From Convolutriloba macropyga (lineage: Eukaryota), in the NCBI RefSeq assembly GCF_964194025.1, contig NC_134473.1, positions 14,136,001 to 14,200,000 on the forward strand: 64,000 nucleotides of DNA, written 5' to 3'. Shown in pieces: positions 36,812 to 50,300 of this stretch. Within the stretch, counting starts at the first letter, position 1, and the number at the start of each line of letters is the position of its first letter. The notes below the pieces were generated by a model. It did no database searches. It was not told the DNA's origin and saw nothing but the letters and a program-made list of their open reading frames with translations. Position numbers and translations under genes: made by a program.

Positions 36812-39249
36812 ACCACATTACATAAAAAACATCGACAAACAAATACAATGCGCAGCACCAAAGAGTTTTTTAAATTATTTTAGGAAAGCGGTCAGTACTC
36901 AAGGTCCGTCATTGCTCATTTATGTCCTCTATGTTTTTTCTGAAAAATAATTAAAGACTTTTTCAGGCAATTGTATCGGTATGTGTCATTTCGTGTTAAC
37001 TTTGAACTATACTTTTTGAACCTTGTAGTGAATTTTTCTTATTTTTGTTTTTTCATTAGCATAATGGTACAATTAGTTTCATACATATTGACAAGACTTA
37101 AATTGTCAAAAATGAGACTTAAAAACATACAGTTTTGGTTTTGGGCTGATTTTGAGCACTATGTAGCGAAAAAAGTATTTTTACTAATTTATTGTGGCTT
37201 CTGGCGAGTTTTTTTTGCACTCTACGTGTATTTGTTGTCACCATTTTTGGAAACAGATTATTCCAGAAAAATTCTCTTTCTCTCTTTTTATCTGGAAATT
37301 GAAGGAACAATCTCTCTCTCTCTCTCACTAACTCTCTCGTTTCTTCTCTCTCTCTCTTTTTCTACTTTAAATAAAAATAAAACGCATTACAAAAACACAC
37401 ACCCATACATACGCCCACAAAAGCGTCACCGTTTATTTATGCCTTGCGTGTTTTTTTTTTAAAAAACAAGTTTTAGGCAATTATCTTTAACCGTGAAAAT
37501 GAAGCAAATTCAAATCATTTTTTCGAGATACTTCGTCATCTTTCTTGAGCGAGATACTTTGTCATCTTTCTTCCGATGTTTCATGAGCTTAACGAGTTAA
37601 ATATTCGTTCAAAGTCTTGAAACTGTTGTTTACAAAAACTCATAAATTACAGATTTTTTTAAAGCCGCAAATTGTAGCAAGTTTATTGTTGTTTTTCCAA
37701 TTTTTCGAGATTGCTGACAATTTTCACCGCGCACCCATTTTACACTCACAAATGCGCTCATACACGCAAACACACACAGAAAAATCTCGCCGCCAAAAAC
37801 ATTTTTGAAACTTTCTTTTTGGTTTCTGATCTTTACTCAATGTTTGTCGCCGTTCTTTTACGTCCTGATTGTTTCTCGAGAAATGTAGGTGGGCAATTTT
37901 AGAGGCAATTTCATCGGTCATCGTAAAATTGACACCAAAATCTGATCTGAATTTTCTAGTTTTTTAAAAAATTTTTGTCAGATTTGTTGCTTCATGAGCC
38001 TAATCAGGCGATTCATTTTCTTACAAATTCTGAAAGATGCGTTAACAGCTACATTTTTGAAAAGGATTTTTTGGCTTTGAATATATTTTAAACTTCATTT
38101 TTGAAAAAACTTTCATTTGGAGGATATTTTTCAATTTTTTAATATTTCTGACAATTTTCGCACTCTCACTAGTGGTGTCTAACAAATGAGAAAACGCTGA
38201 AAGCTGTTCTTAAAGGCACTTTTTCAGTTAATGACTATCGGTGAACAGCAGACTTTGCGTTTCGGACTCTTCAATCTTTTCTTTAGGTTAATTTCTTAAA
38301 GAAATAGGAACAGTTCTATATATATTTAGGAATAATTTTTATGTGAACTAAAAGAAAAGAGAAAATCTTCTCCTTATTCAGAAAAACGTCTCATTTTCAA
38401 ACAACGAAATTCCCCATCAATATATCACTTGCTGTTTCGTTTTAAAGAAACGTCCAAAAAACAAAAAAAAAAGTGATCAGTTCGAAGCTCAATTTCAAAC
38501 TACATAGAAATGAAAAGTAATTTTTTTTTCATTTCATAAAAAATAAAAATGTATTTTAATTTTTTAAACCTGGAGATCAACGAACTCTCTAAATCTCGAA
38601 TGCATCGGTATAGCAGGGTACTAGAGAAGATTAGTTCGAACCATCTGCACTGATATTATAAGGCATGCAAAAATGTCATAAAATAAAATAAAAGGCTTAC
38701 TTTTCTTTTTGGTTCAAAAAATATAGCTGATTTCATGCTCGTTTCTTGAAACAGATTTCTAAATTCTCCAATGTTTTGTAAATACTAAAATTGTTAGTTC
38801 TTATGAATTTAGAAGTACTTTTCCCAAAACAAATCTAAAAATTAGAACAGAATACATTTTTCTGTTTTTGGTTTTTATTTTCATTTTTGTATTTCGTTAT
38901 TTTGAGAGATCTTAACTGCTAAAATTTCTATTCTTCAAAAGCGAAAATTGCAGAGAAAAAAAACTGATTTTTACCATAGTTTTCAATAAGCAAATATTGA
39001 AGAAACGTATAGAATTGTTTTTTAAACCAAATTATGAGAAAAAAGAGAACTTAGAGAAAGGAAGAAAAAAAGATAGAGAAAAAAGAAGAGCATTTTCTCA
39101 AAAAACTTTACAAATCTAAACTTCATAAACCTTAATTTTTTGATAAGTTTTTGGAGGAAAAATTTGCAAGTCGATACAATGCTTGAAGATAAAAATTTGA
39201 AGATACATTTATTCATTTTTAGGCCTTTGTCTATTTTCATGTTTTCTGA

Positions 39250-41020
39250 ATTTTTCAATTTATCAAATTATTGACAGATCAAATATCACTTTATTATCAT
39301 TCAAAATAAGGCACAATTGGATATATCAAAATCCTTAAAGGTATAGGTTATTTTTCAATTGTTTCGACACCAGTTTCTCACAAAATTTTTTTACGATTTG
39401 TCCTTAACTGTCGTTTTTACTGAACTTTGTATTTTTATTCGGATGAAATTACCTTTATAAGGACAATTTTCTTTGTTTTTTTCTGGAAGAATTGAAAAAA
39501 AAATCAAAATTTCTTTGATTTCTACCCTTTTGCCAATTTTTCACGATATTTTTTTGTTTTATCGCATTTTTACAATTTTGACAGTTCAAATATCACATTG
39601 TTGGCGTTCTAAATAAGACACAATTAAAAATATCGAAATCTTTAAAGGTATAGATAATGGTTTTATTGGCTTTAACCACTTTAGACACCACTTTCTCGAA
39701 GAAATTAACTTAGTTTTTTAATTTGTCTTCAACTGTCGTTTTTACTTTGTATTCTAGTCGTATGAATTTTCTTAATTAATTACGGGTCTTATTGGATTTT
39801 TATTGTGAATTAGATGAGCCCATTTTCTGATTTTACTAGATAGCTGACGGCTTTCATGACGTTGAAGAAATTGGTTTTCGAAAATGAAAAAAAAACTTTT
39901 TAACTTCGCATCTTTGTTCGTTTGTTTTCTATTTGTTACTTAGTCTCGTTAAATACAATTTATATATTACAGTATTGGCGTCAAGATAAGTCGCAAGCGT
40001 AATAAGTTAAATGTTTTTCAAAAGTCTTTTAGACCATAATGGCTTCGAAAAAAAATTAAGCTAGTTTTTGATTTTTGTCATTTTTGTCGTTTTTTGTAGA
40101 CGTCAGACATATTCTTTATACTGCAGAACTCAAGGGCTTTTTGGACGAACACACTAGCATATTCATTTTTTTGTAATTAATGGCTTTCATTACTTTGGAA
40201 GTAAGTTTTTATCGAAAAATAAAAAAGTTTTACATAATTTTGCTTTCTTTCGTTCTTCCTACTTGTTAACTAGTCTCATTAATGGAAAGTAACATAATCT
40301 TTGATAATCGAATAAGGCTAAATTAAACATGTTTTTAGAAGCAAAAAATGGGTTTTCGCCAGCGTTTTTCCTAAAGTTTTAATTCAACTTTTGATTGTTG
40401 TTTTTTCGTTGGTCTTTTTGCAACCGCATAAAAAGTTTATTAACAATAAATCTTAAGGCTTTTCTATAGGAGCATTGTTAACTGTAAAAATGTGTGATAA
40501 TTTCAGTTGATTTCCAATGGTTTTCATAACTTTGAAATATATGATTTTTGACAAATGCAAAAAAAATTTTTTAACTTTACTGTTTTTGTTCTTTTTTGTC
40601 TAATTGTTACCGAGCAATATTATGGACTAGCCCTATATATCTTTTCCAGTGAATAATAAGTTTTTTGTTAGGCTTCAGCTTTATCTGACGCTATTATGAC
40701 ATTGATATTCAATTTTTTAAAATGGACATAAAGTTTTGTGTGTAATTTTTGTTGATGTTGTATTTTGATTTCGCTGTTCGTCGTAACTCGCTTTCTTATA
40801 AATGGCAGATGTCGTCAATCTAAAGCAGTAATTTTTACGTCATTGAATTTTCTGCTTTGGAGGCAATCATTTTGTTCTTGCACCAATTTTTTGTTTTACA
40901 AAATTCTTGATTTTTTTCGGTTTTCTATCTGATCCTCATTTGGCAGACATTTATGCCAAAATGGTGGATGAACGGTGTTGGAACCATATGTTCGTTTCCA
41001 CATGGCCGAGCCTCCTTGTC
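39250..41020 (+). mobile_element. Helentron/DINE-1-like element, 3' partial copy (5' boundary approximate)
   Basis: About 40060-41020 matches the reverse complement of about 5014-5990, ending ...ccgagcctccttgt; internal direct repeat at 39271 and 39578. Confidence 0.65.
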
Positions 41021-41645
41021 GCATTTATGATGGAGATCTTGTTTGTGGGACTTTCATTTCCATTCTTTTGTTTTAAGTCATAATAATATTCAAAGACCAT
41101 AGAAAAGTACATTTGTTATGCGATGTTTTTCATATGAGAAAAAAAGTTAGTTTTTGTCGTAGAAGTCATACGTTTATCCAATCAAAACCTAAGAATGTTC
41201 CCATCACATGGACAGAATGTGCTCGAAAGAGTACACTATCTTACGTAAAAGTGGACCGAAATACTGAAGAGATAAAAGTTTTCCATCCAAATCAAATCTT
41301 ATTCTTAATTCCTATTCTTTTTTACTTAGGCTTTGGAGTGATTTCTACAGAGTCACCTAACCTATACATTAACCACACGGCTGTTTTTATTTACATGTTT
41401 AAAGTTTTTAAAAGGTAGTAGAAGTTGCTTATACCTTAATTTCCCATCGAAATACTCAATTTTAGTTAGTGCAGTGCAAAATGAAATTGGTTGAGGCCCC
41501 AGAGTGAGTCAAGTGTGTCCAGACCGAAAATGAAAGCGCGAGGGGGGCGTCGTGCGTTCAAAATTACAATGTCTGGAAACGTTGGCGAGGTCTGGAAAAA
41601 CGCACGAGGGTCTGAACATGATACCTTCAGCTGACAATGGCTTAC

Positions 41646-41774
41646 CTTCCGACGGTTTTTCAGCCTGCATTTTATCATCCAAACTATTCGGATCCGGATC
41701 CCAAGTTACAGGATATTGTATGGGTGGAAGTGGCTTGGGTTCCTTAACAGTCTCATCTTTATCACAATCCACTC
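41646..41774 (-). CDS. PTN/MK-family exon 3: acidic/Pro-rich linker (or first exon of a second gene starting at ATG 41841)
   Basis: tttcag|GA acceptor and GAAG|gtaagc donor; 129-nt symmetric phase-1 exon VDCDKDETVKEPKPLPPIQYPVTWDPDPNSLDDKMQAEKPSE. Confidence 0.7.
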
Positions 41775-42199
41775 CTGAAACATTTATAAAAATCAGCAAA
41801 TAGTACACAAGTAGGACTGAAAAGTTTTCCAGACACAACATTGTCCAATTATGATCATCCAATCCAAATCTATTAAACTCTGCTGCATAACCGAAAAAGT
41901 TACCTTGTTTTTTTAATCAGAAAATACACTCCAGGCTAGTAGCCGTCAACTTTTGCCAAACCTGCCTTATATTGTTTCATACAATCATATCAACAAAAAT
42001 CGCAACCTTCATTGGCGACTTATAAGCTGTTCCACTATCGCGCCTCCAGTTTCTGTTACATAGACATGAATCTTTTTTGGAATTTTATGGACCATAATGG
42101 CACGTTTTATGGTTGAACAGTTTGGTGATCCCTGGATGTTACCCAGTTTTAATGGATTTTTAGAATCGTCTAGATATAAGATGTAAAAAGAATGCTGAC

Positions 42200-42403
42200 C
42201 CCAGATACATTTTGATCCAGAGTTTGGACCAGGAACGGGTGGAGGAGGGAGCTCGCAGGACTTGAAGCATCTGGAAGTGATTCCTATGATTCGACATCCC
42301 TCTCCACTCCTGGTTGCGTGTTGCTTCCCCACCCCACACATTCCATAGTTGAAGTAACACTGGCCCCAAATCCATCGTGAACAGTTGGGCTCATTTGCAA
42401 GCA
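42200..42403 (-). CDS. PTN/MK-family exon 2: N-terminal-type domain (3' boundary uncertain: 42200, 42143 or stop at 42009)
   Basis: ctttag|TG acceptor (phase 1). CSRWIWGQCYFNYGMCGVGKQHATRSGEGCRIIGITSRCFKSC has Cys offsets 0,8,15,29,38,42, the same as PTN C15-C57, with WxW, CGxG and TRxG conserved. Confidence 0.88.
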
Positions 42404-44363
42404 CTAAAGCAGACTTTGAGAATTGATATTTCAAATCATAGTTACAAAATTAAACATCAACTTTGTGTTAAGAGTTCAAAAATTTATCAACGCGTTGATT
42501 GCTAAGACTCTGATTTTTTTTTGCTTGAGATACTGCTATATTTAATCAAAGATTTTGGTGAGATTTTGGTGTTTTAAGACTTGAGGCACATTCTGCGGTG
42601 AACATTTTTACAAGAACAGAAAATCATCAGCAGCCCACATCAACAAACAATTAATGATATCTGAACAGTTTGAACTACTGCGGTTGCAATTTAAATAATA
42701 CAATACGCCATAATGTGCCACATGAAGTATAACCCAACATCAAAGTAGCCAATAAGCCAAAGATATTAATGCAGATATTCATGCAGTAACGTGTTTGAAT
42801 CAAACTTTTCTTGTTTTAACATACTCAATAATTGTATTCTGAGGGAATCAAATGAACTGATCAATTATTAAATTGATGAGAGTAAGCGCTACATACCTGA
42901 ACAGTTAGGTGGAGAGAAAATCATCGAAAAAAAAACACTGAGGTATTCTATCAGCTCTAACCAAAAGTTCCTGTAAGCTAGTCTTTAAAATTTTTGAAAT
43001 TTTTAATCGACGTTGATTATATATTATCTTTCCTTCTGTGTTCAAGATTTTTTCGAACTTGATGTGTCAACAAAGTCGATTAAGTTATTGCAATTTTGCC
43101 GTCGATTTTTTAAACTAGTCAAAAAAAGATCAGTAAAATCCACACAAACGGTTATAGAGGGTTATAGAGTTTGGTAGGCTATTCAAAGTCTTTATTAACA
43201 ATTTTTTTTACTGTGTATCCATTTAATCTAACCCATTGAAATGAAACTTGATACACCTTGAAAAGACATATGCGTGATCTTGACATTTCTTGCAAAACTT
43301 CTGCCAAGAAATTTTAAATACCAACATTTCTTGGTAAATCTTTTGTAATATCTTGGTAAGTAATGTGATGTTGATCGATTTCATAGATTTTTAACGGATT
43401 TTATGGGATCTTAGCTGGGGCCTTCCCGGTGGCGATCCTGTATAAGGTGTGTACTATGTACACACCGAGCTTACACCCAGTTAAAAAGTTCATTATACTG
43501 GAAAAAAGTGGGCTCAATTGTTGGCTATTAAACTAACGAGAGCTGAATTTTCTGACAATTCTTAATAATTCTTGCTCAATCATAAGTCTTGTTTAAAAGT
43601 GCTTTTTATTTTTCCAAATTGGTATATAGTTCCATGTCATGGTTATCTTGCAAGGTCTTGTCTTGCAAGTTGGCACAAATTTTGATATTTTCGTGGCAGG
43701 TACCATGCCAACATTTTGGAAAAGTTTAGCAAGATTTAGTATGTCTCTTATCAAACTGTATCAAATTTCAGTTCAGTGGGAAGTTTAATACGGACTAAAA
43801 GCCTAGTGCTTCGCTGTTGCGACCCGACAGCAAGAAAATTATTTGTTATTAATATCCAAATTTTGCTATTGTTGTGATAAAGGAGAGTCAGTACTTCATG
43901 GACAAAAAAGACTATATTTTGAGGCGTCGCAATAAGCGCCTTGTAATGTCTTCTAATTTGATGGCCTTAAAATTTTTCTGAAGCCTATTTTACTTTTTTT
44001 TCAATAAAACTGGAAGTTGAAGTCCACAAGGGAAAAATGATTCAAAGTAAGAACACCTTTGTAGGACTGTTTATTCTCGCTATTTTTTTTCTCAATTTAT
44101 TTCAGCTCTCATCAAACAGAAACATATCTAACTTTCAATTGATGAAGTAAATCTTGACCAATTACTTAATTGCATCTTGCAGTAAACAAAAACAAATTAA
44201 TCTAATTTTCACGGTAATGGTTTTGCATCCTTATGAAAAAGCACAATTTACATGTGAACACATCTTTTAAAATTTAAAGAGGCGATTTGAGCGTCAAATA
44301 ATAAGTTGACAACGGTTCAATTTTATAATAATACCATTTTGATTCAAAATCAAGTTTACACCA

Positions 44364-47300
44364 TTATTGTTCCGACCCCTCTCTGAGGGTGGGGGAGGAA
44401 CTATAAACTCAAACGGTTTTTTTTTTGTTCAGTCAATTTTGGCCGATCGATATAATAATCGCAGAGAGCTGTGAGTGGTATCATTAGAAAGCCCGTCCAG
44501 TGTAGAATATAGAACTAAAAAGATTTTTTCAATTTTTATTTTTTATAGGGAGTTACCGAGGTTTAAAATTTTGTGAATATTAGACGTAATTCAGCTACTT
44601 TTTTCACATTTTTGACCAAATTTTCGTCATTTTTGACCAAATTTTCATAATTAATGCCAAAATATTTTAAAATTGTCAATTGTAGTGTTATTTAATTTAT
44701 CCTTAAAGATAGAGGCTGAACTGCTGGATTTGAGTTTTTCGGTTAGAATTCATTCTAATTTTTTCAAAACTCAGAAATTTTTCGTCGAAAAAGGGCTTTT
44801 TTTTAACCAACTTGCTTTTAATTTGCTGGAAGTAGACACCTTTAAATTGCAACCATAATCATTTTAATCTCAAAAAGAGCTAGTTGTACTTCTGCTGGCT
44901 ATAAGAGTCTTCTGAAATTATAATTTGGCCAATTTTTTGGCAAATTTGTTGTCGATAAATATACAAAATGCATTATTTATTTTTGACACACTGACAATTT
45001 TGTATAGAATTGATCAATTTTGCACCAATTTCAATAATTGAGTGTTTTGTTAGACGTTCAGCAATATCTGGGCTGGTCTTGATCTCACCATGAATCCTTT
45101 TGATGAAATTTTTTTAGATTTTAATGGGGCGCGAACTTTTTTTTCAAATATTTTCCGCTATGTAAACGTTTATTATGTAAATTACGAACAAGAAATTCAA
45201 ATCAGGGCTTAATTATTGACAGATATTGTTTACAATAAATGAGACCGAGCTACATTATATTATGTTTTCAGAATTAAACTCACGGTTTTCATGGCTCTGA
45301 CGAATTGTTTTCGTAAAGACTTTATAGACTTCTTGCGTTTTGTTTTCATTTCTTATGATTTTTGTAGATCAATGACTTAGTGTCCCCAATTAAAATTCCA
45401 TTCCATATCCCTCAAGAAGGTATAAAGGAACCTAGACATTTTTTCAGTTGTTATCTAATGTCTGTTAAGACTTTGAATATATATTTTTTGAAAAAAGGTC
45501 GGTGAATTTTTGAACTTTGCCATTATTTTTCTTCTTTCTCTCAACTTCGGGCAGATTTCTCAGTAAATACAATTGGAAACCGACTTCCTTTGATGAATAA
45601 ATAAATGTCGGCAAGAGTTTTAAATTCAACTAAATGTTTCATTATTTTGGTACTATGTGTTTTCAATTTTTCTTTTTTTTTTTTTAGCAAAATTGCAATT
45701 TTTATGTTTATTTTGTTTCCTTGTCGAACTATCACATTATTGACTAGTACAATTAAAAGAAGGCATTGCAGGAAAAATGCACAAGGTTGGAAAAAGGCGT
45801 ATCTAGTATTTTAATTGTTTTTGTTGAATAGTTATGCTTTTTGGTCTGAGAAACAGTTATCTCGCAAAACTTTGTGGGTTTTCGATTTTGCCTAAGTTTG
45901 TCTTTCATTTCGTTGTTGTACGCCCCTTACCCAATAACGATAGACCTTAATTGCTTCCCAAAGACGTATAACGCAACCGAGTTGAAGATTTCAACTTAAA
46001 GCTGTTTGTTCTAACGACTTTCGAATTAAAATTTAAAAAAAAAAAGATGTTTTTTTCATTTGTCTCCTTTTCTCTTTTATTTTCGTCACCATGTTACTCT
46101 ATCTCACTTATTAGAGATTTCAAATACTTTTGTTGATTCGAAATAAATATTGGTGCTTGGTTATGCGTTGTAACTAATTGCTTCGACCTTGTATTTTAAT
46201 TAAAAATTTCTAGATTATGTACAATTTTCGGTTTTCTTTTTGTTGTCACGTCGAAGCAGTCCTTTTATAAGGAGGATTCGTTGATGTTAAGATGAAAAGA
46301 AATAGTGATTCACAGTTCTTGCAGGTTACATCATATAATAGTGCATTGAGCAGTGTCATGTTGCAAAATTGTTCGAAGTTTTGGCTTCTTTATGAATTCG
46401 TTTGTTTGTGGGCTCGTTACTTAGTCTCATTATTTACAGGTCCAGTTGGCTTCCTGAGTTGTTGAAACTTAATCCATTGCTTTTTTGTTGTATTTTTAAG
46501 TCTTTTCGGACTTTTGAATATATCTGTTTTCAAAAATAAGTTTGGGATTTTGAGCTTCGTCTTTTTTATAGAGTTTTTCGGTTGATTTGTAGCTCAGTCT
46601 CTGTATAAACAGGTAACAATGCGTCTCCCGTGAGCTATATTTTAATCGCTATAAAGGCTTTAGGTGAAATTGTTTGTTTCTTGGCTTGTTATTTTTGCTA
46701 CCACGAGATTTGGTAAAATGTTATATTTTTATATATTTGTATATTTCATAAAATTTTTGGTTTCTTTTCAAATTATACCAATAATCGTTGGTCCATTGGC
46801 ATTGAAAATTTGCGCCATCGAACATTGGATAGTGACTTGTCTCAATTGCTTTCTATGTAGATATAAATGGACATTTTAGTGTTTTCAGTTGATATCTAAT
46901 GACAATAATAATTGTGCAATTAATTGTTTTCAAAAAAGGAAAAGTATTTTTGATCTTCGCACTTATTTCCTCCTTTTTGTCTTACTGTTAACCAGTCGAA
47001 TTGGGGACACGTCCCATGTCTTTTCTAATGAAATATAGGTTTAATTGTTTTGGTTTTTATCTGATGCTAGTTTGATTTTGTTATGATTTTTTTATTATAG
47101 ATTTGATTAATATATTTTATTATAGGCTTTATTATAGTTTTGGTCGTAAATAATCTTTGTTGTTTGATTTTCATTTTTGTCCTTTCTATTCGTCCTGAGC
47201 TTTTTTCATCAACAATTTTCATTGGCCCTCTAGCATGGCGTTATCGTATTTCATTGGTTGTTTATTGAACGATGTGTATGTTTTTGAAAGTTATATATCG

Positions 47301-47390
47301 CTTCATTATTTGGTAGCCAATTAAGTCAAGAATGTGGATGAGCGGGGTCGGAACATTATGTGCGTACGCACATCACCGAGCCGCCTTGTT
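44364..47390 (+). mobile_element. Helentron/DINE-1-like element, best-preserved full-length copy (about 3.0 kb, non-coding)
   Basis: 12-bp subterminal inverted repeats tgttccgacccc (44368) / ggggtcggaaca (47344), perfect palindrome atgtgcgtacgcacat (47358-47373), CTTGTT end, no clear TSD. Confidence 0.82.
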
Positions 47391-50300
47391 ATGCTCAATT
47401 TTTAAACATTTATAATCTATTTGACTATCGTTTTTTAAATGAATGATTTAGTTAGTTTACTGGCCTAATTGCACTTCTAAAATTTGATACGATAATTACA
47501 GGACAAAGTAATACAACACTTTTATGCTGAAAAGTTCATGATGCTTTATGCCTCTGTCCATAGCAATGCAAAAAGCTTTTAGTAGAATGTAATAATTTGA
47601 TAGTTTGACTGTAATGATTATTGGAATAAGGTGATAGACCTCAGAAAATCCTCGGTCCAATATTAGTTAGTGAGTAGTTACTGAACTTAAATTGACATAT
47701 TGATGCGGGCAAACTGTTTTATCCGTTTCAGGACCAATTATTTCTTTCACTAAGAAAAACAAATCTTGGAAAAATAAGCTTTGCAAAGCCTCATGTGATA
47801 TTTCATCTGACATTGTGGAAACTGCTATTTTATTATCAAAATGGCAACAAAATGACTGCAGCGCCGCTTTATAATGAACGAAATTAAATCTAGTTTTAGC
47901 CATAGTGATTATCATTAGCAAACACTTTCTGTTGTGAACAGTTCTATTTGAACATATTCATTAGAAGAGGCTAAATTCATTGTAAAAATTAATGATTAAA
48001 GCTTTTCCGAGAATAAAAGCTTTTTTGATCAAGAATATTTTCCTGCTTATTTTAATAGACTAGATTTGACCACTTTAGATTACCCAGAACGTATCTTCAA
48101 ACAGTTTTAAGTGGGGGAAAAGCTGAATTCATTTAAAATTTTAAACATAAAAACCACATCTTAAAAGATCTCATTATTTCTGTCTCCCGTCTTTCAACTA
48201 AATTTGGATTATTAAGGTTTGGGGTTGTTTAAGAATTTAGTTTCCTCTACAAATTAATTACATCTTGGCTCAACCAAATTTGAATTAAGATAAACAAACG
48301 ATTATCAGAAAGCAGAAAAATGCGTCCATAATTTTTTTTATCAAAAGCCGTCTCGTGTTGAGTCTGAATTTCGTTTTGGATTTTAAGTTAGTTCGAAAAT
48401 GAAATTTTGTTCTCGTTTTTTAATTAAAGATCAAGTATCCGAAAAGCAACAATTTAAAAATCAGAGTGAAAATTGGCAAGATTTTACAACAGTCATGCCC
48501 ATTTCGTTTTTTTTAAAAAGAATGCGATTAAACAAACGGGGGGTAATTTAGCGTGCAAGTGCAGGTTTCAAACGTTAATCAGAAAAACTGATGATAAATG
48601 TAATAACACATGAACTAATCTAGTCGATAACAAAAGCCACAGTTAAGGGAAATTTGCATTAATCTAGCAGGCTCCAAACAGGCTTGGCAAATTCCCCTTA
48701 AAGCCCAGAGTATTATGATTAGCACAGGATTTGAAGTCGTTAAAAGGCCCATAATGTGGAACAATTGCATTGGGTTTTGATTAATTTAATGATGGCAGAT
48801 TAGCGTGAAGCTACAGAGGTGTTTTAGCCACACACACAAAATGTGCAAAATCAACAAAGGTGCTACAGGCTAAAGTCAACATTATCGGGCAAACTTACAA
48901 TTTTGAACTTGGGGTTGAGTTCCCGCTGAAAAAGAAACTGGAGTATTAAATTGTTACAATTACTATAAACCATTTTAAGGTCCGCATAAATGTGTTTTTA
49001 CAATATATCACTGGTACAAAGCATAATCATTACAAATCAGAGTGGTTAAATTTGGACTTTTGAACAAAATCCAATTTAACAGCCGGATTATAGTTTGATA
49101 ACGAACAACAAATAGATCAGTAGGAAAGACAAACATAGGAATCAATCATGGCCTGTTATAAATAGCAGATTATAACTTGAGTCCAACCAGTTCAAAGTCA
49201 TAAAGGCTTCTTTACAACCCTGTTTAGAAATAAATCACACTTTACGACCTGGGTACATTTCACTACACACTTGCGACTCGGGTACCTTATTTCGCTTTCA
49301 TTGAAGTGAAGCCAAAAGCAAGTCTCAACTTTCGCAAAGTTCTCACAAAAACTGCACTTTTGGTCGAGTTCAAAGCAGGCTAAGTATACTATCTGGTTTT
49401 TCTCTTAAGGAGTTTGAAGCGAGGTCTTTGAGGACATATTTGACTAGTTAGCTATGCACCAGTAGGTTAAAGAAGTCACCATACTTCAAATAGACAGATA
49501 TAATACCAGCAGGCGCGTTGCGACTATATGGTAATCAAGTAGAATTTTGAAGTGGTTCCATTTGAAAAATTGTTCGAGGTTCCCAACAAATTAAGGAAAA
49601 TTTCCTTTCAAACGCAAATAATTGAAGTAATTTGAAAAATAATCGAACAATCTGAAAAAATAACAGGATGATAATATGATAAATATCAATTTTTCAACCA
49701 GACGTAAAAACTATTGATCAACTTTTCAAAAATTCATTTTATGTTTTCAGTCTTTTGATCAAAATATTCAGTCAGATGAACAAACTATTGCGCAATTTGA
49801 TTTAAACAACACCACATTTGTTCACTTTTGGTATAACTTTGAGGCTTTTCAAGTTTGTTTACTTATTTCATTGAAAATAGACCTGCTACTTAACCAGAAG
49901 CTGTGTATAAGTTTTCGTGCACTAGTGCACTAGTATGTTTGTGAACGTTGAATGGATATCAATAATCGACAAATTTTCTCAGCTGATTTTCACAATTTTC
50001 ACATATTCCTTTCCTGTAAAGAATCCATGACATTCAAGTTGATGGTGCTTTAATGACGTCACATACCCAAAAATAACAGAAAATGGACGCAATATCGAGC
50101 AAAGTGGCTTGATAATCTCAAATCAGTTTATTGAAGCTTTAAAGCCTCATTTTAGAGGATGATGTTGTAACACCTGTTGTTGTTAATCAAAATTAAATGA
50201 AAAGAGCTATAATTTAAATTAACCTTATTGTTGATAGATTTGATTAGCACAACTAAATTGATTCGAAAATTGATACGCTTGGTTTCTCTTTTTTGCATAT

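Noticed and set aside
36971-37462. 163-aa hydrophobic ORF, the longest in the track
   Set aside because: Non-ATG start, F/L/Y bias from T-rich and (CT)n low-complexity DNA, and no motif.
41902-41960. Extra coding exon ending at CAAG|gtaact (41904, minus strand)
   Set aside because: The phase needed to join exon 3 has an in-frame TGA a few codons upstream; it could only be non-coding.
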